Assembly (NCBI GenBank): GCA_041389565.1
Contig: JAWKRP010000037.1
Span: forward strand, 5,708-69,707
Length of the DNA stretch: 64,000 bases
Direction: 5' to 3'
Origin: Myxococcota bacterium
Lineage (GTDB): Bacteria > Myxococcota_A > UBA796 > GCA-2862545
Within the stretch, counting starts at the first letter, position 1, and the number at the start of each line of letters is the position of its first letter. This document shows positions 58,934 through 64,000 of this stretch, piece by piece. A program made the position numbers and the translations under genes. The notes under the pieces were generated by a model. That model was not told the origin of the DNA, did not search any database, and was given only the letters and a program-made list of their open reading frames with translations.

Positions 58934-60691
58934 ATGCGCGCCGACCCGCACAGCCACGCAGACCTCGACCAGGCCCGTACGCTCGAGCTCGACCTCGACC
59001 TCGTCGTCGACTTCGCCCAGCGCGTGCTGCACGGCACGGCCACGCTCGTGTTCGCGGAGCCGGTGGCCGGCGCGGTCGACCTCGACTCGCGCAGCCTGGC
59101 CATCGAAGCCGTGTCCGACGCCGACGGCCGGTCGGTGCCGTTCGAGGTGGGCGCCACCGACCCCGTGCTCGGAGAGCGCCTGCGGCTCGAGCTCCCCGTG
59201 CCCACCGACCGCATCGCGATCCGGTACCGCACCTCCCCCGCAGCCACGGGCCTCATGTGGCTGTCGCCCGCACAGACCGACGGCGGCGTGCACCCCTTCG
59301 TGCTGTCCCAGTGCCAGGCGATCCACGCGCGCTCGCTGGTGCCCCTGCAGGACACCCCGCGGGCCCGCATCACCTACACCGCGCGCATCACCGTGCCCGG
59401 GTTCGCCAGCGTCGTGATGTCCGCGGCCCCCGGCACCATCGAGCCCGGCGCCGACGGCTCGCGCGCCTTCCGCTTCGCGATGCCCCAGCCCATCCCGCCC
59501 TACCTGCTGGCGCTCGCCGCCGGAGACCTCGCGTCGCGCGACCTCGGCCCGCGCTGCCGGGTGTTCGCCGAGCCCGGTGTCGTGGAGTCCGCGGCCTGGG
59601 AGTTCGCGGACGTCGAGCGCATGCTCGCATCGGCCGAGGAGCTGTTCGGGCCCTACCCGTGGGACCGCTACGACTTCATCGTGCTGCCGCCCTCCTTCCC
59701 GCTCGGCGGGATGGAGAACCCCCGCATGACGTTCCTGACGCCCACCCTGCTCGCCGGCGACCGGTCCCTGGTGGGCGTGCTGGCCCACGAGCTCGCGCAC
59801 AGCTGGACCGGGAACCTCGTCACGAACGCGACGAACGAGGACTTCTGGCTGAACGAGGGCTGGACCGTCTGGGCGGAGCGCCGGATCCTCGAGCGCCTCT
59901 ACGGCTCCGAAGAGGCCGCCCAGCAAGCGGTGCTCGGCCGCATGACGCTCGACCAGACGCTCGCCGACCGCGAGGCCGAAGGTGCGAGCACCGCGCTCAC
60001 GTACGCCCAGGCCGGGCTCGATCCCGACCACGAGTTCTCGCAGGTCCCGTACGAGAAGGGCTTCCTGCTGCTCGTCGCGCTCGAGCGTGCGGTGGGTCGG
60101 GCCCGCTTCGACCGGTTCGTGCAGGACTACATCGCGCACTTCCGCTTCCAGTCCATCGACACCGACACGTTCGTGGCCTTCCTCAGGCACACGCTGCCCG
60201 AGGCCGCCCCCGTCGACCTGACGCCGTGGCTCCAGCAGCCCGGCCTCCCGGACGACGCGCCCGCGTACCGGTCCGAGCGGCTCGACACGCTGGAGGAGGC
60301 CGCGCGGCAGGGCGAGATCCCCGACGGGCGCGCGTGGTCGGCCACCGAGAAGCTCGTCTACCTCTCCCACCTGCCGGCGGAGGTCGACGCGTTCGCCGTC
60401 GCCGATCACCTCGGCATCGACCCCGAGTCGCCGAACGCCGAGCTCCGGTCTGCATGGCTCACCCTCGCCGTCCGGTCGGGCGCGCAGGGGCTCGAGGCGC
60501 CGCTGCGGTCGATGCTGTCGTCGGTGGGCCGCACGAAGCTCCTGAAGCCCGTGGTCAAGGCGATGGTCGCGCGCGACGACCTCCGTCCGCTCGCCCGCGA
60601 GCTGTTCGACGCGAACCGCAGCCGCCTGCACAGCTCCACCCGCGGTGCGCTCGAGTCGGTGCTCGCTCAGGCCCGCCCACCGCGCCCGTAG
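58934..60691 (+). CDS. M1-family zinc aminopeptidase (leukotriene A4 hydrolase-like, with C-terminal Leuk-A4-hydro_C-like domain)
   Basis: GGMENPRMTF exopeptidase motif, HELAHSWTGN and NEGWTVWAE zinc ligands. Confidence 0.92.
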   Translation: MRADPHSHADLDQARTLELDLDLVVDFAQRVLHGTATLVFAEPVAGAVDLDSRSLAIEAVSDADGRSVPFEVGATDPVLGERLRLELPVPTDRIAIRYRTSPAATGLMWLSPAQTDGGVHPFVLSQCQAIHARSLVPLQDTPRARITYTARITVPGFASVVMSAAPGTIEPGADGSRAFRFAMPQPIPPYLLALAAGDLASRDLGPRCRVFAEPGVVESAAWEFADVERMLASAEELFGPYPWDRYDFIVLPPSFPLGGMENPRMTFLTPTLLAGDRSLVGVLAHELAHSWTGNLVTNATNEDFWLNEGWTVWAERRILERLYGSEEAAQQAVLGRMTLDQTLADREAEGASTALTYAQAGLDPDHEFSQVPYEKGFLLLVALERAVGRARFDRFVQDYIAHFRFQSIDTDTFVAFLRHTLPEAAPVDLTPWLQQPGLPDDAPAYRSERLDTLEEAARQGEIPDGRAWSATEKLVYLSHLPAEVDAFAVADHLGIDPESPNAELRSAWLTLAVRSGAQGLEAPLRSMLSSVGRTKLLKPVVKAMVARDDLRPLARELFDANRSRLHSSTRGALESVLAQARPPRP

Positions 60692-61095
60692 ACGAGCGCG
60701 TCGTACACGATCCACGGCGTCGCGAGCATCAGGCCCGGACCGCCCGTCTCCGCGAGCGTGTCGCCGATTCCGCGCACGACGAACCCCAGCAGCGCCCACA
60801 CGACACCGAACGCCCACATCGTCTTCGACGAGTCGTCGGTGGCGAGGTCTTCCTGCTGGAGGCGGGTCGCCAGGCTCCAGGCGTCGTACGCCACGAGCAG
60901 GTTGCACAGCCCGCAGCCGAACAGCACCGACGCCGACCCGAGGAACAGCCGCAGTCCGCGCATCCACTGGCCGATCCACACCTGTCCGAGCCCCGGCACC
61001 ACGAGGCTCAGCAGACCCGCGAGCGCGGCCGGGGCGTCCGGGTCGCACTCCAGCACGAACAGACCCTCGAGGTCTCCGTCGCCGAGCAGGCTCAC
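60667..61095 (-). CDS. Hypothetical membrane protein (PGLGQ-motif family)
   Basis: GTG at 61095 overlaps the upstream stop (GTGA). LLSLVVPGLGQVWIGQWMRG, with further helices. The 3' end overlaps the convergent peptidase gene by 25 nt. Confidence 0.55.
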   Translation of the reverse strand: MSLLGDGDLEGLFVLECDPDAPAALAGLLSLVVPGLGQVWIGQWMRGLRLFLGSASVLFGCGLCNLLVAYDAWSLATRLQQEDLATDDSSKTMWAFGVVWALLGFVVRGIGDTLAETGGPGLMLATPWIVYDALVYGRGGRA

Positions 61096-61781
61096 TTCGC
61101 GCCCAGGTGCTTCGACGCCTCGCGCCGCGACAGCCCGGACAGCGCGTCTCCGTGGGCCTCCAGGAACCGTCGCACCGCTTCCGGGTCGTGGTGGGCGTGC
61201 TGGCGGAGGGCCCACCCGATGGCCTTGCGCATCCAGAAGCTGGTCTCGGGGGCGCACCGCAGGCAGAAGTCGAACAGCATCGCGGTGTCGGTGTCGCCCT
61301 TGTGCCGGAGCTGGGCGAGCACGGCGGTCCGCCGCAGCCACAGGTGCTCGTGCGTGATCCAGCCTTCCAGCACGGGGCGCATGACCTCCCGGTGCGACGC
61401 GACCACGGCCCCCACGAGGTGCGACGCGATCTCGTCCACGAGATCCCACCACGCCCCCTCGACGACCATCTGCTCGAGCAGCGGCACGACCGTCGGATCG
61501 AGGAACTCTCGGCGCCGGAACCCCTCGGCGTAGTCGATGGCCGCGTACTGCATCTCCCGCTCGGGCTCGGCCCACAAGGCGCGCACGGTGGCCTCCCACT
61601 CCGCGCGATCGGCGGGGACGAACGCGCGCTTCAGGTCCCGCCACACGGGCTTCTGCGCGGGACGCGACACGCCGAGCATGGGCTGCGTGGTCTTCAGGTA
61701 CGCCTGCATCTGCGCTGCGCGCGCGGGGTCTGCGAGCGCCTCGAGCCGCTCGCGCACGAACGCCACTGCCGGAACGGTCAT
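61092..61781 (-). CDS. DNA alkylation repair protein (AlkD-like HEAT-repeat glycosylase family)
   Basis: AAQMQAYLKTTQPMLGVSRP...AWWDLVDEIA...WLRRTAVLAQL...FWMRKAIGWALR is the DNA_alkylation family pattern. Confidence 0.85.
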   Translation of the reverse strand: MTVPAVAFVRERLEALADPARAAQMQAYLKTTQPMLGVSRPAQKPVWRDLKRAFVPADRAEWEATVRALWAEPEREMQYAAIDYAEGFRRREFLDPTVVPLLEQMVVEGAWWDLVDEIASHLVGAVVASHREVMRPVLEGWITHEHLWLRRTAVLAQLRHKGDTDTAMLFDFCLRCAPETSFWMRKAIGWALRQHAHHDPEAVRRFLEAHGDALSGLSRREASKHLGAK

Positions 61782-61846
61782 CCTTCCTCCGACGGCAGCT
61801 TATCGGCCGGTTGACATCGGTGTGCCGGGACGTGAGATGCGCCCGC

Positions 61847-63007
61847 ATGTGGCTCCTCACGACGGCATTCGCACAGTCCTACAACATCACCGACGTCATC
61901 GTGACGTTCCCCGATCGCAACGCGACCGAGTGGGCCACGGCGGTGCGAAACGGCGCCAAGCGCAAGAAGATGGCCGTGCAGGCGCGCGCTCCGGGGTCCG
62001 ACGCGCTCACGCCGGTCGGCGCGGAGGGCACGGGCTTCGCGTCGCTCGAGCCGCCCGCGCTCATGGCCGTGTGGATGGCGACCATGGGGTACCTCGATCC
62101 CGGCGTCGAGTACGACCTCGTGCTGGGGCGCGGGAAAGACCTCCGCCCGGTCACCGTGTGGTTCGAAGACGCCCGGAGCCTCGTCGTGAGCCAGGGTCCG
62201 TCGATCGCGCTGCCGCCGGAGGGCCCCCCGATCGACGCCATCGTCCAGAGGTACGCGCTCGTCGGGTCGGAAGAGCAGGCGGCGGTGTTCGAGCCCCGCG
62301 TGCGCGGCGTGATCGACCAGGCGTTCGCGCGCCTCTCGCCCCTCGAGCTCGCGGCGCTGTCCGACGTGACGCTGATCCGCCTCGCCGGGAAAGCGCCCGG
62401 AACGAAGGGCAAGTGGATCAACACCGCCGAGTTCCGGTCCGAGCCCGAGCGCGGCACGATGGTGTTCTTCGACGACCTGCTCCGCCCCACCGGCCTGTTC
62501 GTGGGTCCCGTCGACGACCCCTCCCATCCGGCCCTGCACACCGTGCTCCACGAGGTGGGGCACGCGATCGACTCCGCGCCGCTGCGGCTCGCCTCGAGCC
62601 ACTTCAACCGCGACAGCGAGGCGTACAACGCCGCTGTCGACGCCACGAACGCCGAGGGGAAGGCCCTCCGGTCCATGAAGAGCCCGCCCGCCGACCGCGT
62701 CGCCGCGCACCAGGCCGCCACGGAGCGCCTCGAGCAGGAGAGCGCCCGCCTGAGTGAGCGCCGCACGGCACTGGAGCGCCACGTGCGGGTCTCGGAGGGC
62801 TTCCGGGCGCGCTTCTCGGGCGTCACGATGTACGGCGACACGTCCGACACGGAAGCGTTCGCCGAGGCCTTCGCGCTGTTCCACCTCGACCCCGCCGCGC
62901 TCGAGCGGGTGTCGCCCGACGCCGCAGCGTGGTTCCGCGACAGTGGCCACCTCGCCGGATTCGAAGCCGCCGGGCTGGGCTCGCCGGGCGCCCCCTCGGA
63001 GCCGTAG
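61847..63007 (+). CDS. Putative secreted zinc metalloprotease (HExxH ... EAFAE)
   Basis: ATG at 61847 gives MWLLTTAFAQ (signal-like). HTVLHEVGHAID plus downstream TEAFAEAFALF, a gluzincin-like third ligand region. Confidence 0.65.
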   Translation: MWLLTTAFAQSYNITDVIVTFPDRNATEWATAVRNGAKRKKMAVQARAPGSDALTPVGAEGTGFASLEPPALMAVWMATMGYLDPGVEYDLVLGRGKDLRPVTVWFEDARSLVVSQGPSIALPPEGPPIDAIVQRYALVGSEEQAAVFEPRVRGVIDQAFARLSPLELAALSDVTLIRLAGKAPGTKGKWINTAEFRSEPERGTMVFFDDLLRPTGLFVGPVDDPSHPALHTVLHEVGHAIDSAPLRLASSHFNRDSEAYNAAVDATNAEGKALRSMKSPPADRVAAHQAATERLEQESARLSERRTALERHVRVSEGFRARFSGVTMYGDTSDTEAFAEAFALFHLDPAALERVSPDAAAWFRDSGHLAGFEAAGLGSPGAPSEP

Positions 63008-63088
63008 CGGGTCGGCGCCAGACGTGAGATGATGGTGTCAGCGCGCACCGCGCCGCTTTGATTTACCGTTGTCGTCCCTGGAGCCCCC

Positions 63089-64000
63089 ATGCGTATCGGT
63101 CTTCTCGCCACCGTCATCGCGGGCCTGTGTGCCTGCACCGTCGAGAGCGGTCTCAAGCCGAACCCCGACGACAACGAGCTCGCCGAGAGCGACACCGACA
63201 CCGACACGGATGCCGACGCCGACGCCGACACCGACGTGGATGCGGACGCCGACACCGACTCGGATGCCGACGCCGACGCCGACACCGACGTGGATGCCGA
63301 CGCTGACGCCGATGCCGATGCCGATACCGACGCCGATGCCGATGCGGACTCCGATGCGGACGCCGACGCCGATGCGGACTCCGACGCCGACACCGACACC
63401 GATGTCGACACGGGATCGGTCACCGCCCGCGTCTGTGCGCCGAGCACCACGACGTGGGTGTCCGATGCCGTGGTCACGGTCACCTGGCCGGGCGGCTCGG
63501 CCACCGGAACCACCGACGGCGACGGGTACTTCCAGATCGACGGCCTGCCTCCGGGGCCGGTCACCATCACCGTCACGAAGGGCTCGTTCAGCCACACCAC
63601 CACCGCCACGATCGTGGGTGGGCAGGTCACCGACCTCGGTGAAGACGAGTGCCTGGAGCAGGGCAACGTGCAGCTGCTCGTCGTCGACGGGCTCTACGAC
63701 GACATCGGCGGCGTGCTCGACGGCCTGGGGCTCACGTACGACACCCTCGACGGCATCACGCCCAACGTCGCGGGCCCGTTCCTCGGCAACGCCGCGAACA
63801 CCGCGCCGTACGACGTCATCTTCTTCAACTGCGGCATCGACACCTCGTGGCTGTCGCAGAACGCCGCCATCGCCGCGAACCTCCAGGCGTTCGTGAACGC
63901 GGGCGGCTCGATCTACGCGAGCGACTGGTCGTACGGCTTCGTGGAGACCGCGTTCCCGAACGAGATCGACTTCTACGGGAACGACCAGTTCTACGGGGAG
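63089..64000 (+). CDS. Lipoprotein (partial, continues beyond window): Asp-Thr/Ala/Ser tract + CarboxypepD_reg-like domain + alpha/beta domain
   Basis: ATG at 63089 follows ctggag. [16 protein letters not shown]. ~75 aa of acidic repeats. [40 protein letters not shown]. The frame is open to position 64000, which is why it is absent from the ORF track. Confidence 0.8.
   Translation, partial: MRIGLLATVIAGLCACTVESGLKPNPDDNELAESDTDTDTDADADADTDVDADADTDSDADADADTDVDADADADADADTDADADADSDADADADADSDADTDTDVDTGSVTARVCAPSTTTWVSDAVVTVTWPGGSATGTTDGDGYFQIDGLPPGPVTITVTKGSFSHTTTATIVGGQVTDLGEDECLEQGNVQLLVVDGLYDDIGGVLDGLGLTYDTLDGITPNVAGPFLGNAANTAPYDVIFFNCGIDTSWLSQNAAIAANLQAFVNAGGSIYASDWSYGFVETAFPNEIDFYGNDQFYGE
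63188..63412. repeat. Asp-(Thr/Ala/Ser/Val) coding tract
   Basis: agcgacaccgacaccgacacggatgccgacgccgacgcc...gacaccgacaccgatgtcgac. Confidence 0.9.

Noticed and set aside
63041-63064. Small GC hairpin (gcgcg-cac-cgcgc) followed by ctttgattt, as a Rho-independent terminator after gene 61847..63007.
   Set aside because: The stem is only 5 bp, the loop 3 nt and the T-tract is interrupted. That is too weak to call, and it also lies in the promoter region of the next gene.
1-64000. Looked for rRNA, tRNA, tmRNA, transposase/integrase genes, prophage modules and terminal inverted repeats.
   Set aside because: No cloverleaf-like or rRNA-like low-GC segments and no recombinase motifs were recognised by eye. 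A tRNAscan/Infernal/ISfinder run would be needed to be certain.

Overview
Very GC-rich bacterial chromosomal window; third codon positions are almost all G/C, so every strand carries long spurious Arg/Pro/Gly/Ala-rich ORFs. I support about 57 protein-coding genes. I recognised no rRNA, tRNA, CRISPR array, cas gene, transposase, integrase or phage structural gene. A Myxococcota-like origin is inferred from several C-terminal 'Cys + hydrophobic helix + RRR' tails (MYXO-CTERM-like), abundant lipoproteins and many Ser/Thr-kinase or STAND-type regulators. Recognisable modules: a translationally coupled bshC-bshB-bshA (bacillithiol) operon; blaI/blaR1-like sensor pair; molybdopterin oxidoreductase; pstSCAB with an ArsR regulator and an OprO/P-type porin; TetR plus CrtW-like desaturase; SPFH protein divergent from a DUF4132-like giant coupled to a TIGR02996/LRR protein; ugd; SNF2-type helicase; RNase M5; ClC channel; active Ser/Thr kinase next to a 1493-aa pseudokinase-TPR-FHA scaffold; DUF4423-type HTH regulator; DUF2330-like protein; CrtI-like oxidoreductase; HxlR regulator; M1 aminopeptidase; AlkD-like repair protein. 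Best candidates for something undescribed: (1) a four-gene overlapping-codon operon joining a CBS/TrkA-C ClC channel to a lipoprotein and two paralogous Cys-rich MYXO-CTERM mini-proteins, with a third paralog 19 kb away; (2) Asp-Thr/Ala/Ser repeat tracts (GAC-RCC type DNA) at seven loci, mostly just after lipoprotein lipoboxes, one carrying a perfect 5 x 18 bp array; (3) a 36-nt hairpin (REP-like) element present twice in frame inside a STAND regulator gene and once intergenically; (4) the SPFH / DUF4132 / TIGR02996 cluster; (5) the kinase-pseudokinase-FHA module. All family names come from motif recognition by eye; no database search was run.
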